Shown here in pieces: positions 50,325 to 61,173 of a DNA stretch of 64,000 bases. Numbering within the stretch: the first letter of the stretch is position 1; each line of letters begins with the position of its first letter. This DNA comes from Tolypothrix carrinoi HA7290-LM1 (GTDB lineage Bacteria > Cyanobacteriota > Cyanobacteriia > Cyanobacteriales > Nostocaceae), in NCBI GenBank assembly GCA_019358935.1, contig JAHHIK010000002.1:1-64000 (forward strand). Reading direction: 5' to 3'. Position numbers and translations under genes: made by a program. Under the pieces are notes generated by a model. It was not told the origin of the DNA. It made no database searches and saw nothing but the letters and a program-made list of their open reading frames with translations.

Positions 50325-50492
50325 GTAATAGGGAATGGGGAATTGGTAATGGGGAATTGGTAATGGGGAATTGGGCATTGGGCATAGGGCATAGGGCATA
50401 TCAAGAGGGGGAAAGGGAAAAGGGGAAAGGGAAAAATTATTATTCCATTACCCATTACCCATTACCCATTCCCCACTCCCCCATCTCCCCCC
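50325..50492. repeat. STRR tract
   Basis: GGGAATG/GGTAATG, GGGCATA and CCCATTA heptamers. Confidence 0.88.
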
Positions 50493-50529
50493 CTGATAAT
50501 AGATACAAAAGAGACTTTTAATAAAGGCA

Positions 50530-51054
50530 ATGGATAACAATCTAGCGGTTATTTATCTCTCAATTTTTGTTGTGTTGCTCGGATTTACAGTCGTGAGCAT
50601 TTTTCGGCAAGTATTCAAAACTCGCAGGCTGGAAAGCTCAATGTCACGCTTGCGGAAAAAACTGAGTACATCCAAGGGTACGACTCAAGAATATTATGAG
50701 TTAGCGAGTATTTATTCTGAAAAGAAAGTGTTTTCTCAGGCGATCGCTCTGTTTCAAAAAGCCCTTAAAGCCGCTGAAGAAGAAGGCGAAGAAAATACCG
50801 CCCCGATTTATAATGCACTGGGGTATACTTACTTCGCACAAGAGCAGTATGATTTAGCGATTCGTCAATACAAAGAAGCGCTTAAATCTAAACCTGAGTA
50901 TGTAACAGCTATGAATAATCTCGCTCATGCCTACGAGAAAAAGAATTTAAATGCTCAAGCTCTAGAAATGTACGAACAAGCACTGAAAATTGATGCAAAT
51001 AATGCTACGGCAAAACGTCGCGCTCAATCTTTGCGACGCCTGGTTTCTGCGTAA
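50530..51054 (+). CDS. ycf37: TPR protein, Ycf37-like photosystem I assembly factor
   Basis: N-terminal TM helix followed by three TPRs; lies downstream of rplT. Confidence 0.7.
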   Translation: MDNNLAVIYLSIFVVLLGFTVVSIFRQVFKTRRLESSMSRLRKKLSTSKGTTQEYYELASIYSEKKVFSQAIALFQKALKAAEEEGEENTAPIYNALGYTYFAQEQYDLAIRQYKEALKSKPEYVTAMNNLAHAYEKKNLNAQALEMYEQALKIDANNATAKRRAQSLRRLVSA

Positions 51055-51313
51055 TTAGGGATGCTTGGACTGGTGACTGGGGATTGGGAATAAACATAGC
51101 TACTATGATAATCTTTTTCAAGCGTCCCTAATCCCTAATCCCTAATCCCCAGTCCAAGCTCAAGAGCGTCCAAGCTCAAGAGCGATCGCCATTTGTGTAA
51201 AGTCCTGTAAGCGTCTATTCCCTAAGAACTGCAACTTCTGAGAGAATCAAAAACGATTTAATAATCAAGCACTTATTGTCCATGTCGGTTTCAATTAAAG
51301 GGAGAACACAGTA

Positions 51314-52840
51314 ATGAAATTGGCTTACTGGATGTATGCTGGTCCGGCCCACATAGGCACACTGCGGGTTGCCAGTTCTTTTAAAAACGTTCATGCGATC
51401 ATGCACGCTCCACTCGGCGATGACTATTTTAACGTTATGCGTTCCATGCTAGAGCGCGAGCGGAACTTCACCCCGGTGACAACCAGCGTCGTAGATCGCA
51501 ACGTTTTAGCGCGGGGTTCCCAAGAAAAAGTGGTAGATAACATCACCCGCAAAGACGCTGAAGAACACCCCGATTTGATTGTGTTGACTCCTACTTGCAC
51601 CTCTAGTATTCTCCAAGAAGATTTGCACAACTTTGTGGAGCGATCGCAGTTAGAAGCTTCATGTGACGTCATGCTAGCGGATGTGAACCACTACCGCTTC
51701 AACGAATTGCAAGCCGCTGATCGCACTTTGCAACAAATCGTTCAATATTACATTGAGAAAGCTCGCAAAAAAGGCGAACTGCCAGAAGGAAAAACCGAAA
51801 AACCCTCAGTTAACATCATCGGTTCTTCTACCCTTGGTTTCCACAACCAGCACGACTGCACCGAACTCAAGCGCTTGATGGCTGACTTAGGAATTGAGGT
51901 TAATACCGTCATTCCCGAAGGCGCTTCGGTGTACGATATTAAGAAGATGCCCCGCGCCTGGTTTAACCTCGCACCTTACCGCGAACTCGGTTTAATGGCG
52001 GCTAGTTACCTTGAAGCTGAATTCGGCATTCCCTGCGTAGATATTACGCCAATGGGTGTAGTAGAAACAGCTAGATGTATCCGTAAAATTCAGCAGGTGA
52101 TAAACGCTCAAGGCGCTGATGTAGATTACGAAGAGTTCATCAACGAGCAAACTTTGCATGTATCGCAGGCTGCATGGTTCTCGCGTTCGATTGACTGTCA
52201 GAACTTGACTGGTAAGAAAGCAGTAGTGTTTGGTGATAATACTCACGCTGCGGCGATGACCAAGATTTTAGCACGGGAGATGGGAATTCATGTAGTATGG
52301 GCGGGAACCTACTGCAAATACGATGCTGACTGGTTCCGCGAACAGGTGAGCGAGTATTGCGATGAAGTGCTGATTACTGAAGATCATGGCGCAATTGGAG
52401 ACGCGATCGCCCGCGTCGAACCTTCAGCAATTTTCGGTACACAAATGGAACGCCACGTTGGTAAGCGTTTGGATATTCCTTGTGGCGTAATTGCTGCACC
52501 GATCCACATTCAGAACTTCCCTCTTGGTTACAAACCATTCATGGGTTATGAAGGGACAAATCAGATTGCAGATTTGGTCTACAATTCCTTTACTTTGGGA
52601 ATGGAAGATCATCTATTAGAAATCTTCGGCGGACACGACACCAAAGAAGTTATTACCAAAGGAATTTCTGCGGAATCTGACTTGAACTGGACAAAAGATG
52701 GTTTGGCAGAATTGAACAAGATTCCTGGATTTGTGCGGGGTAAAGTGAAGCGAAATACCGAGAAATTTGCACGCGATCGCGGATTTAAAGATATCAACGT
52801 CGAAGTGTTGTACGCCGCGAAGGAATCAGTCGGAGCGTAA
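51314..52840 (+). CDS. chlB: light-independent protochlorophyllide reductase subunit B
   Basis: [31 protein letters not shown] and C-terminal [10 protein letters not shown] (PCP-red). Confidence 0.98.
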   Translation: MKLAYWMYAGPAHIGTLRVASSFKNVHAIMHAPLGDDYFNVMRSMLERERNFTPVTTSVVDRNVLARGSQEKVVDNITRKDAEEHPDLIVLTPTCTSSILQEDLHNFVERSQLEASCDVMLADVNHYRFNELQAADRTLQQIVQYYIEKARKKGELPEGKTEKPSVNIIGSSTLGFHNQHDCTELKRLMADLGIEVNTVIPEGASVYDIKKMPRAWFNLAPYRELGLMAASYLEAEFGIPCVDITPMGVVETARCIRKIQQVINAQGADVDYEEFINEQTLHVSQAAWFSRSIDCQNLTGKKAVVFGDNTHAAAMTKILAREMGIHVVWAGTYCKYDADWFREQVSEYCDEVLITEDHGAIGDAIARVEPSAIFGTQMERHVGKRLDIPCGVIAAPIHIQNFPLGYKPFMGYEGTNQIADLVYNSFTLGMEDHLLEIFGGHDTKEVITKGISAESDLNWTKDGLAELNKIPGFVRGKVKRNTEKFARDRGFKDINVEVLYAAKESVGA

Positions 52841-52870
52841 GTTAGCCGATGCGCGTATTCTTGAAATAGA

Positions 52871-52897
52871 AAGGCATCCTTAGAGGATGCTTTTTTG
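52871..52897. terminator. intrinsic terminator between chlB and the converging PIN gene
   Basis: AAGGCATCCT-TAG-AGGATGCTTTTTT. Confidence 0.75.
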
Positions 52898-52902
52898 ATT
52901 TC

Positions 52903-53328
52903 TTATTCTGACTTCAGCAAACGAACGAAGCCTGCTTGTTCAAAGTGGTGATCCGTAGTTAACGCTTCTTGAATTCCTAACTGTTGCATTACTGCAAAAG
53001 AGGTGCTATCTACCAAAGACCAAGCTTTATCTTCTCTAGTTTTTAGAAGATTCCAAGCTGCTGCGTCTATTGCTGCATCTATGTGAACAAGGTTAATATA
53101 TGACGCAGTTTTCACAGCATCTACGTATTTAAACAACTGCGGACGAGGTACACGTAAAGGGCTATTTAGCAAAGCAACTAATTCAATAACAACATAATTA
53201 GTTGTCACCATTTCTTGATTTTGCAGACGCGCTTTTTGAAACCATTGCTTTGCCTGTTCGTGATATAACTCGGTTGCAACAAATAAATTAGCCCACCCTG
53301 ATGTATCTACGAAAACTTTATTCGGCAA
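52903..53328 (-). CDS. PIN-domain (VapC-type) toxin
   Basis: VFVDTS, E, SLVD and TTDHHF acidic motifs; overlaps the upstream antitoxin. Confidence 0.88.
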   Translation of the reverse strand: MPNKVFVDTSGWANLFVATELYHEQAKQWFQKARLQNQEMVTTNYVVIELVALLNSPLRVPRPQLFKYVDAVKTASYINLVHIDAAIDAAAWNLLKTREDKAWSLVDSTSFAVMQQLGIQEALTTDHHFEQAGFVRLLKSE

Positions 53329-53575
53329 TATTCAACTCCTGCTGCAAGCTTTCTCTTATATAGTTATCGTGATTTTCTCCTAAATCGGAATTTGGAAATT
53401 TTAATGTACCAATCAGTGGCAATATTGGATCGGCTTCCAAGCTATTTGTTTGCTTTGCTGATTGAGTTAGAGATTGTAAAACTAATTCCTCTAAAGATAA
53501 ATTGAGTTGTTCAGCCTGGATGGTTAATTGATATTCTAAGTCATCTGGTAACTTTATTGTTAATGTTTTTGCCAT
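53318..53575 (-). CDS. putative antitoxin (RHH-like N-terminus)
   Basis: TLTIKLPDDL..QL..QA...NLSLEE and C-terminal DLGENHDNY; overlaps the toxin start. Confidence 0.75.
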   Translation of the reverse strand: MAKTLTIKLPDDLEYQLTIQAEQLNLSLEELVLQSLTQSAKQTNSLEADPILPLIGTLKFPNSDLGENHDNYIRESLQQELNIAE

Positions 53576-53589
53576 TTTATTTACCTTCA

Positions 53590-53812
53590 CTAATCTAATT
53601 GTAATTTTAGCTGGCTTACATTCTTAAAAACCCTATTGAAATTTTATTTTAAGTCTTCAACACTGTCAGATAGCTCCATCACAGTTATTAATTTAGTTAA
53701 ATGTCTATCTAAATGAGAAATTCCTACTTCTTCAGTTAAATGCTGATGATATTTTCGTCTATGGTAAACCATTTTCAGTAACTGGGTTTCTTTTTCTCAA
53801 TTCTTCGAGAAC
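53590..53812 (-). pseudogene. C-terminal fragment of a P63C-domain-like protein
   Basis: VLEELRKRNPVTENG/YHRRKYHQHLTEEVGISHLDRHLTKLITVMELSDSVEDLK*NFNRVF; one frameshift, one stop, no N-terminus. Confidence 0.55.
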
Positions 53813-53849
53813 ACTGTTGACTTTAGATAAACAGAGCAAAGCGATCGCA

Positions 53850-54284
53850 TTACTTTGGTTGCACCAACTGCGCTACATCCTCTCCTAATCGCGTAAAATC
53901 ATTGGCGTTAAGAGTCAGCAACACATCTACATTTGCCTTAATTGCAGCTTGAGCAATTAAAGCATCGTAAATACCTCCCCCAGGAAGATTCAAACTCACC
54001 ATCCTAGCTATCGTCGCTTGATAATCCGCCACTCTGTGAGAACAACTTTATCAAACCTATTCAGATTTTCCTCAAGCAAACGCTGCGCTAAAGTTGGGTT
54101 AATTCGCAAACTGCGAGGAAGGCGAGTAAGTATCGCATAAAGTTAGAATAAAGTGTGAGTCGAGACAAATCCTTCTATCTCTTCTGTTTGGACACGTTGC
54201 AACCAGGGTAAACTATTCTTCGTGCCTGGGATGATCTGCCAGCATCGCTGCCACAAGTACAGATGTGTCAAATAATATTTTCAC
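53850..54284 (-). pseudogene. disrupted PIN-domain toxin
   Basis: VKILFDTSVLVAA..HPRH start and GGGIYDALIAQAA...LLTLN..DF end, separated by stops and frameshifts. Confidence 0.8.
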
Positions 54285-54819
54285 CAAGATGTAAAGAAAG
54301 TTGATTCGTTCTTCCCTTAAATCATGCACAGATGTTTCTAAGTTTTTTGCACCTTGAGATTGCACTACTAAAACTCCCTCAACATATTTTACAGGCAAAC
54401 CCTCACCCAGTTCTCCTGGCTGCCAGTCATAAGCTTCATAGCTACCTAAATTAGATAAGTCAGTTTCGAGCCATCCCTCGTCAGATTTGTCAACAAGAAG
54501 GGTGTGGGGTTGCATGGTTAGGGTTGCAGGTCTCGTTGACGGCGTTGGTCAGGGCGTATGATTCCCCGACCAACGCAATCGTCCTAAAGAATGGGGCTTG
54601 TGACGAAGGCGGTTGTTGGGGCTATCTCTTCCCCCACACCCCACACCCCATACCCTACACCCCGCCCCAACGGGGCTTGGTCACTGAAGACAGATAATTG
54701 ATGTTCCTTTTGATTCTTTCGCCACTCTATAAACTCAACAAAATCTAGAACTTCCTGCTGTGCATTTTCAAACATCGGTGTTCTAGTTTCTCCAAAATCT
54801 TTTCTTTGAGAGAATCCAT
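54285..54819 (-). pseudogene. chimeric, disrupted antitoxin remnants
   Basis: MDSLKEKILEKLE/ENAQQEVLDFVEFIEW is interrupted by an insertion, resumes as DKSDEGWLETDL..., then ends GVLVVQS...LREERI (AbrB-like tail). Confidence 0.5.
54494..54689. mobile_element. ~195 bp non-coding MITE-like insertion
   Basis: GC-rich block with GGGTGTGGGG/CCCCACACCC inverted heptamer tracts, an internal GCGTTGGTC..GACCAACGC hairpin and a GGTCACTGAAG end, splitting an AT-rich ORF. Confidence 0.6.
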
Positions 54820-55200
54820 GCTAGTAGCTACCATCTTTGCCTCACAGTGTAACTCATAGTCGCTAAGATCGAATGATAGGGTTTTATGTTGTCCAAAGGT
54901 ATATAACGAACACTCATAACCAAAATAAGTTAAATCAATACTAAAGAATTTCCCAGAATATTAAAGTGCGATCGCTTTGCCTTCAAGCAAACGCAGAATT
55001 TTTCGCTTGCCCTATGACCGATTCCCAACAGCAAGGCATTCTTTGTACGAAAATTCGATACTCATGCTTTCAGGGGATGCGATCGCAATTTTATAAGTGT
55101 AACTATAGAAAGTGTCCAATGTAAGAAAACGCTATCGTTGTCTAAATCTAGGATCAAGTTGTTGAAAATAACAACTTTGACTTGTTGAGAAGGTACAACT

Positions 55201-55599
55201 ATGAATCGAATCTTAAAACGCACATTTTTACCCAGCCTCTTGGCTGCCACTTTAGCTGGTGTCACCTTAGTTCCAGCTAAACCCGCTGCTGCCGACGATC
55301 GCATACTTGAAGATGTCGGTATTGGTGCTGCCGCTGGCGTGGTATCAGGCGCTATTAGGGGACGTGGTTCGGTATTAAACAATGCTGTTAAGGGTGGTGC
55401 TGCTGGCGCTGCGGTTAATGGTGTTAACGGTACCAGAAGAAATCCCAGAAACCGTAACTTGGGTCAAGATATCGGAGTAGGGGCAGCCGCAGGTGGTGTC
55501 ACTGGTGCAGTTACTCGCGGTCGTAAAGATACTTTGGGTGATGTAGTCGATGGTGCAGCCGCAGGTGCAGCTATCCATATCTTGAGGAATAGAAAATAA
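55201..55599 (+). CDS. exported glycine-zipper protein
   Basis: Signal peptide ending AAA; repeated GxxxG units (DVGIGAAAGVVSGA / DIGVGAAAGGVTGA). Confidence 0.8.
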   Translation: MNRILKRTFLPSLLAATLAGVTLVPAKPAAADDRILEDVGIGAAAGVVSGAIRGRGSVLNNAVKGGAAGAAVNGVNGTRRNPRNRNLGQDIGVGAAAGGVTGAVTRGRKDTLGDVVDGAAAGAAIHILRNRK

Positions 55600-55767
55600 T
55601 TCGTTGTTCGTAATTGATAGCTGAATTACGAATTTGCCTTAATTCCCAAGCATTGCTAAAAAATTGTTCAGAGAAATCACGCCACAGCCACGTTACCATT
55701 ACCAGAACGCTGTGGAATTGACAGTTAAGCCACATACAAACTAAGCCTGCTGACCGCAGGCTTAGAT

Positions 55768-56410
55768 GTGAAGTACCTACACTGATACTTCGTATACAGT
55801 GTAGGCTTCGCGTCTCACTCGCTGTTGCTCTGTTGGGCGTACCTATTGCTAGATACCCGGAACCAAATCCGGTCTAAGTCTTACACAGCGTCTCTGGTAC
55901 TTCTACCTTTATCTCCTCAAGGGAGAACCCGCGCAGCCGCCCGCCTCCCGCAGGCAGTTTAATTTTGTTCGCACAACACTCCTTGGATTTACTGCAATAG
56001 CATACCAGCTAGAAATGTTTCTTCCCCGATCTAGTCATGTGTCTGCGGCAAGTCTTACAGTGTTTGAAGTTAGCCTGTCTGTTCCATACAGTCGGGTGGG
56101 TCATCGACCATCTTTACGTTAGCATCTGAGTGGCGCGTTGTGTACACACAGATGAAAGAGAAGTCATTACGTTTTAGGATGTCTGAACGTCGTTACAATA
56201 AGTTAAAACTATATGCCCAACAAAAAGAAAAAACAATGACGCAGTTGATTGAGGATTGGGTAGACCGACTACCAGCTTCATATATTGGGGATTCGTCATC
56301 GACCTCACTCCCTAATCAACCTGGCGGTTGATATTAGTCGGAGGTCAATTCCTCATCCCCCAACAATTCCGGAGCGACACTGACGTAAGGGTTCAGTGTG
56401 AGCCTTCTTG
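55768..56410 (-). mobile_element. non-autonomous IS200/IS605-like element lacking tnpA and tnpB
   Basis: Related subterminal hairpins: left CAAGAAGGCTCACACTGAACCCTTACGTCAGTGT and right GAAGCCTACACTGTATACGAAGTATCAGTGTAGGTACTTCAC, ending TCAC. Carries a divergent RHH gene. Confidence 0.65.
56152..56331 (+). CDS. ribbon-helix-helix protein carried by the IS605-like element
   Basis: SLRFRMSERRYNKLKLYAQQKEKTMTQLIEDWVDRL RHH pattern. Confidence 0.75.
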   Translation: MKEKSLRFRMSERRYNKLKLYAQQKEKTMTQLIEDWVDRLPASYIGDSSSTSLPNQPGG

Positions 56411-56579
56411 TTGAAAAAGGTAAAAAGTCCGCACTCAGGCGGACTTTGTGTTTATAATTCTATGAATTTGGGCTTCATTGCGATCTTCGTAGCTTACCGT
56501 AGGTATCGCCTGTGCTGCCAACTAATTATATCCATCGCACAGCGCGTTCTAAAGATACAACTAAACTTATTAGCGACCT

Positions 56580-56771
56580 TTAGCCCTTCAACGCCTTTCT
56601 AAAATTGCGACGATAGGACGGATTTGTAAGAAACAAAGCGGGCCATAACAGAGATAAACCAAGGCGATTGGGCAAACTTTGAGCAAAATTAGTCCGCTCA
56701 AATCCATTCCAAAACTTCCACACACCATATAAATAAGCCGCCATCAAGCCAAGAATAATTAACTTAGGCAT
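56580..56771 (-). CDS. small membrane hypothetical protein
   Basis: Two hydrophobic segments; GVWKFWNGF.RTNF...LLWP...YRRNFRKALKG. Confidence 0.7.
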   Translation of the reverse strand: MPKLIILGLMAAYLYGVWKFWNGFERTNFAQSLPNRLGLSLLWPALFLTNPSYRRNFRKALKG

Positions 56772-56850
56772 TCGCATTACTCCATAAGCAACTGACACAA
56801 TTCGAGAAAAGTATTCTCACACCCTCCAGTTTAAGATAGCCTCCCGGATT

Positions 56851-57189
56851 CGGGGAGAGGGGGGAGGGGGAGGGGGGGAGGGGGAGAGTGGGGGACAAGG
56901 AGGAGTAGGGGGACAAGGGGGAGAGGAAATTACCCATTCCCAATTACCCCCTTCGGGGTTCTGAAGTCGCTCATGGGGAGCCAGTGCGTTGGGCGGCTCT
57001 GCCGACAGTCACGCACCTGGCGTGGAGACCACGGCAGGTGCTGTAGCCTGTGGAACCCGTCCACCGCACTGCCTCCCCTTGGCGGAGCGCCTCTCCCTTT
57101 GGGAGAAGACCGCGCTGGCTCACCATTCCCCATTACCAATTACCCATTCACCATTACCGATTACCCATTACCCATTCCCCATTCCCCAG
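56851..57189. repeat. STRR tracts flanking nested small dispersed repeats
   Basis: G-rich and CCCATTA repeats surround an expanded version of the 42962-43018 element. Confidence 0.85.
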
Positions 57190-57334
57190 CTTCTGAGTAT
57201 ATCTACTTATTCCTTGACAGATGCATCTTGTGGAAGTTCCTAAAATATTAAGATCCATAGGAGACTAAAGAATAGCAGAACATATCTCACGGGTCTTGAA
57301 GCAGCGATCGCGCTCACATAGCTAAGGAGGATTT

Positions 57335-59863
57335 ATGCGTGCAGTACTAATGGCAGGTGGTTCGGGAACGCGGTTACGTCCGCTAACTTGTGACCTGCCC
57401 AAACCGATGGTGCCCATCCTAAATCGACCAATTGCCGAACACATTATCAATCTTCTCAAACGACATCACATCACAGAAGTTGTTGCCACACTGCATTATT
57501 TACCTGATGTCTTGCGAGATTACTTTCAAGATGGTAGCGATTTTGGCGTACAAATGACCTACGCGGTGGAAGAAGACCAGCCGCTAGGAACCGCCGGTTG
57601 CGTGAAGAACATTGCCGAACTTCTAGACGAAACCTTTTTAGTAATTAGCGGAGATAGCATAACAGATTTTGACTTAACAGCAGCAATTGAATTTCACAAA
57701 CAAAACAAGTCTAAAGCGACTTTGATTTTGACTCGTGTCCCCAATCCAATTGAGTTTGGGGTGGTGATTAGCGATGAACAACATCGAATTCGGCGATTTT
57801 TAGAAAAGCCCTCTACCAGTGAAATTTTTTCCGATACCGTCAACACTGGTACATATATTCTAGAACCTGAAGTTTTGGAATATCTGCCATGTAACGTAGA
57901 ATGTGACTTTTCTAAAGATTTATTTCCCTTACTTTTAGACAAAGACGAGCCAATGTATGGTTACGTCGCTGAGGGTTACTGGTGCGATGTCGGTCACTTA
58001 GATGCTTATCGCGAAGCGCAATATGACGGCTTGGAACATAAGGTAAAACTTGATTTTGCCTACAAAGAGATGTCAACCGACTTGTGGGTGGGTCAAAACA
58101 CTTATATCGATCCAACGGCTCAAATTGAGGCTCCAGCGGTTATTGGCGATAATTGCCGCATTGGGGCAAGAGTCCAAATTGAAGCCGGAACCGTAATCGG
58201 GGATAATGTCACTATTGGGGCTGATGCTAATCTCAAACGTCCAATTGTTTGGAATGGGGCAATTATTGGCGAAGAAGCACATCTCTCAGCTTGTGTGATT
58301 TCCCGTGGTACTCGTGTAGACCGTCGCGCTCATGTTTTAGAAGCAGCTGTGGTCGGTTCGCTTTCTAGCGTGGGAGAAGAAGCGCAAATTAGTCCGGGTG
58401 TCCGCGTTTGGCCCAGCAAAAAAATTGAGTCCGGCGCAATCTTAAATATTAACTTGATTTGGGGTAACACTGCTCAACGAAATTTATTTGGACAACGTGG
58501 TGTCCAAGGATTAGCCAATATCGATATTACCCCAGAGTTTGCGGTGAAGTTGGGAGCCGCTTATGGTTCTACTTTGAAACCGGGTTCTAAGGTAACGGTT
58601 TCCCGCGATCAGCGCAATATTTCGCGGATGGTGACGCGATCGCTCATCGCTGGTTTAATGTCTGTAGGCATCGATATTCAAAACCTTGATGCTACCGCTA
58701 TCCCCATCGCTCGTACAGTTATCCCCACAATGTCGGTAGCTGGTGGTATTCATGTCCGGGTACATCCCGATCGCCCCGATTATATCCTGATTGAATTTAT
58801 GGATGGCAAGGGCATCAATATTTCCAAGGCAAAGGAAAAGAAAATTGAAGGGGCTTACTTTAAAGAGGATATGCGGCGATCGCAAATTCATGAAGTTGGC
58901 GATGTCTCATACCCCAGTCAAGTAATTGACCGCTACTGCACAGCTTTTGAAAAGTTATTGAATATTGACACAATTCGTAACAGTCGAGCAAAAGTAGTGA
59001 TTGACTACGTTTATGCTGTCTCTGGTGCAGTATTGCCGCAAATGTTAGATAACTTTGGCGCTGATGCGGTGGTGTTAAACGCCAGTTTGAATAAAACTGC
59101 TATGTCCACGGCTGACCGCGAAGGATTGATAACTCAACTCGGTCATGTGGTGGAAGCACTAAAAGCTAACTTTGGCGTTCAGGTGTCGGCAAATGGCGAA
59201 CAAATGATTTTGGTGGATGAATCGGGAATTCCGATTCGCGGGGAAATGTTAACAGCGCTGATGGTGGATTTAATTTTAACTTCTAACCCTAGAGGGACGG
59301 TTGTAGTACCGGTTCATGCTTCTAGTGCTGTGGAACAAATTGCCCGTCGCCACGATGGTAAAGTGATTCGCACCAAGGCGAATCCTACCGCATTAATGGA
59401 AGCTTGTCAAACAAATCCGAGTGTAGTGTTGGGAGGTAGTGGGGACACTGGCTTTATTATCCCGCAATTGCATCCGGGATTTGATGGGATGTTCTGTATT
59501 GCCAAGCTAATTGAAATGCTAACAATACAAGAGCGATCGCTTGCTTCTGCCAGGTCTGAACTACCGCGTGTAATTCACAAAACTTATACAGTCCGCTGTC
59601 CTTGGACAGTCAAAGGTGCATTGATGCGGTATTTGGTAGAAACTCATCCAGCACAAAACCTGGAATTAATCGATGGGGTAAAAATTTGTCAACCCTACGA
59701 TGACAGTTGGGTGTTAGTTTTACCAGATGCCAGCGAACCACTGGTACATTTATACATCAACAGCAACGATCGCGATTGGGTAGATGATTCCTTAAGACAA
59801 TACCGCGCTCGCGTTCAAACGTTTGTGGAAAAACAAGAAGAGCAAATTCCTGTAGAGGTGTAA
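57335..59863 (+). CDS. mannose-1-phosphate guanylyltransferase / phosphomannomutase-like bifunctional protein
   Basis: [19 protein letters not shown], hexapeptide repeats and a C-terminal phosphohexomutase region (FGQRGV, DGVK). AAGGAGG RBS. Confidence 0.9.
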   Translation: MRAVLMAGGSGTRLRPLTCDLPKPMVPILNRPIAEHIINLLKRHHITEVVATLHYLPDVLRDYFQDGSDFGVQMTYAVEEDQPLGTAGCVKNIAELLDETFLVISGDSITDFDLTAAIEFHKQNKSKATLILTRVPNPIEFGVVISDEQHRIRRFLEKPSTSEIFSDTVNTGTYILEPEVLEYLPCNVECDFSKDLFPLLLDKDEPMYGYVAEGYWCDVGHLDAYREAQYDGLEHKVKLDFAYKEMSTDLWVGQNTYIDPTAQIEAPAVIGDNCRIGARVQIEAGTVIGDNVTIGADANLKRPIVWNGAIIGEEAHLSACVISRGTRVDRRAHVLEAAVVGSLSSVGEEAQISPGVRVWPSKKIESGAILNINLIWGNTAQRNLFGQRGVQGLANIDITPEFAVKLGAAYGSTLKPGSKVTVSRDQRNISRMVTRSLIAGLMSVGIDIQNLDATAIPIARTVIPTMSVAGGIHVRVHPDRPDYILIEFMDGKGINISKAKEKKIEGAYFKEDMRRSQIHEVGDVSYPSQVIDRYCTAFEKLLNIDTIRNSRAKVVIDYVYAVSGAVLPQMLDNFGADAVVLNASLNKTAMSTADREGLITQLGHVVEALKANFGVQVSANGEQMILVDESGIPIRGEMLTALMVDLILTSNPRGTVVVPVHASSAVEQIARRHDGKVIRTKANPTALMEACQTNPSVVLGGSGDTGFIIPQLHPGFDGMFCIAKLIEMLTIQERSLASARSELPRVIHKTYTVRCPWTVKGALMRYLVETHPAQNLELIDGVKICQPYDDSWVLVLPDASEPLVHLYINSNDRDWVDDSLRQYRARVQTFVEKQEEQIPVEV

Positions 59864-59868
59864 GAAAC

Positions 59869-60085
59869 TAGGGAATGGGGAATGGGGAATGGGGAATGGG
59901 GAATGGGGAATGGGGAATGGGGAATGGGGAATAGGGAATGGGGAATGGGGAATGGGTAATGGGTAATGGGGAAAGAATTATTACCAATGCCCTATGCCCA
60001 ATTAGCAATTAGCAATTACCAATTAGCAATTACCAACTACTAATTCCCAACTACCAATTCCCAATGCCCAATTCCCAATGCCCAT
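59869..60085. repeat. STRR tract
   Basis: About 10 copies of GGGAATG, then CAATTAG/CCAATTC heptamers. Confidence 0.92.
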
Positions 60086-60144
60086 TTTCACATGCGTCTC
60101 TACCAAGAATTAGGAATTTTGTATTAATATTCACCAACGCCGTA

Positions 60145-61173
60145 TTAGTGATGCAAAGCATTCTCACTTACCTTTTCTCTACTCAGGGTTTCGTGGCTCA
60201 TCACGGCTTGCCTAACTAGGTCAGCCCGTCTCTTCGCTTCCTCGGCTTTCTGTAAAAAGAGTGCCTCGGTCTCACTATCGTTGCTTTCGCGCAGATGCCC
60301 AGCCATATGCCTCATTAATAATTCACTTTCTTCAATTGCGCGTAAAGTGTTCCAAAGTGCATCTTCAATGCCCTTGGTGACTTCCACGAGCAGAGAATCC
60401 AGGGAATATGCGTGCCCCGTATGGCAGCGGAAGCGGATAAGGTTTCCTTCTTTCAATCTCAAAAGTGTACCGTGACATTCGGGACAGGTATAAATAGAGG
60501 GTGTACCTAGCTTCATAGCGCCTTGCTCAAAGGCGTTGTCTTCCCGTGCGACCCCTACTTCAATTTCCATTTTATCGTCCGGCGGATTTCCCGCTTCCTC
60601 CTCGACAGTTTCATTTGTTAAACGAACCAATAAAGACCCCATCTCTGTCACCGAGACGCAGTGATCTACCGTAACCGCTTTCATTGCGGCTTTGGGCATT
60701 GAGGGGTAAAGCGCCTCAAACGGGTCTTGGACAATTGCTATACCTCCTCGCTCCTTCACCGCATACAGCCCAGCCGCTCCGTCATCAAGGGAGCCGGTCA
60801 GAACCACCCCTATCACCTGTGAACCGTAAGCAAGAGCTGCGGAGCGGAACAAGACATCGACCGAGGGACGAAAGCGGTTTTCTTTTGGACCGCGAGTTAC
60901 CCGGACATAACCCGGTTCGACAACAAGGTGGCGATCTGGGGGAGCGACATAAATATGACCGGGCTTGATTGGCTCAAAGTCGATAGCGTGTGCTACGGGC
61001 AGCGGACATACGCGATCGAGTATTTGGGGCAATATACTCGGAGACTCCGCTGGAAGATGCCAGACGATCAAGAGCGTGCCGGGGAAGTTGTCAGGCAATT
61101 GAGCAAGAAGCTTTTTCATCACTTCCAAACCACCTGCGGAAGCTCCAATGACAATGATGTCATGTTTTAACAC
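60145..61173 (-). CDS. cheB: CheB-type methylesterase domain protein without receiver domain
   Basis: IGASAGG, RPSVDVLF, LTG..DDG and SMP; C-terminal CPEC...FRCHTGH extension. AGGAG RBS before GTG 61173. Confidence 0.85.
   Translation of the reverse strand: MLKHDIIVIGASAGGLEVMKKLLAQLPDNFPGTLLIVWHLPAESPSILPQILDRVCPLPVAHAIDFEPIKPGHIYVAPPDRHLVVEPGYVRVTRGPKENRFRPSVDVLFRSAALAYGSQVIGVVLTGSLDDGAAGLYAVKERGGIAIVQDPFEALYPSMPKAAMKAVTVDHCVSVTEMGSLLVRLTNETVEEEAGNPPDDKMEIEVGVAREDNAFEQGAMKLGTPSIYTCPECHGTLLRLKEGNLIRFRCHTGHAYSLDSLLVEVTKGIEDALWNTLRAIEESELLMRHMAGHLRESNDSETEALFLQKAEEAKRRADLVRQAVMSHETLSREKVSENALHH

Noticed and set aside
51152..51184. 16 bp tandem duplication (TCCAAGCTCAAGAGCG x2) upstream of chlB
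   Set aside because: Most likely a local slippage duplication next to a HIP1 site; no evidence of function.
55768..56139. Intact group II intron or HEARO RNA
   Set aside because: No domain V/VI, reverse transcriptase or IscB ORF found; retained only as an unresolved part of the IS605-like element.
56930..57251. Three short overlapping ORFs
   Set aside because: They arise from nested repeats and STRR tracts.
59869..60085. CRISPR-like array
   Set aside because: Contiguous heptamers without unique spacers and no cas genes; ordinary STRR.
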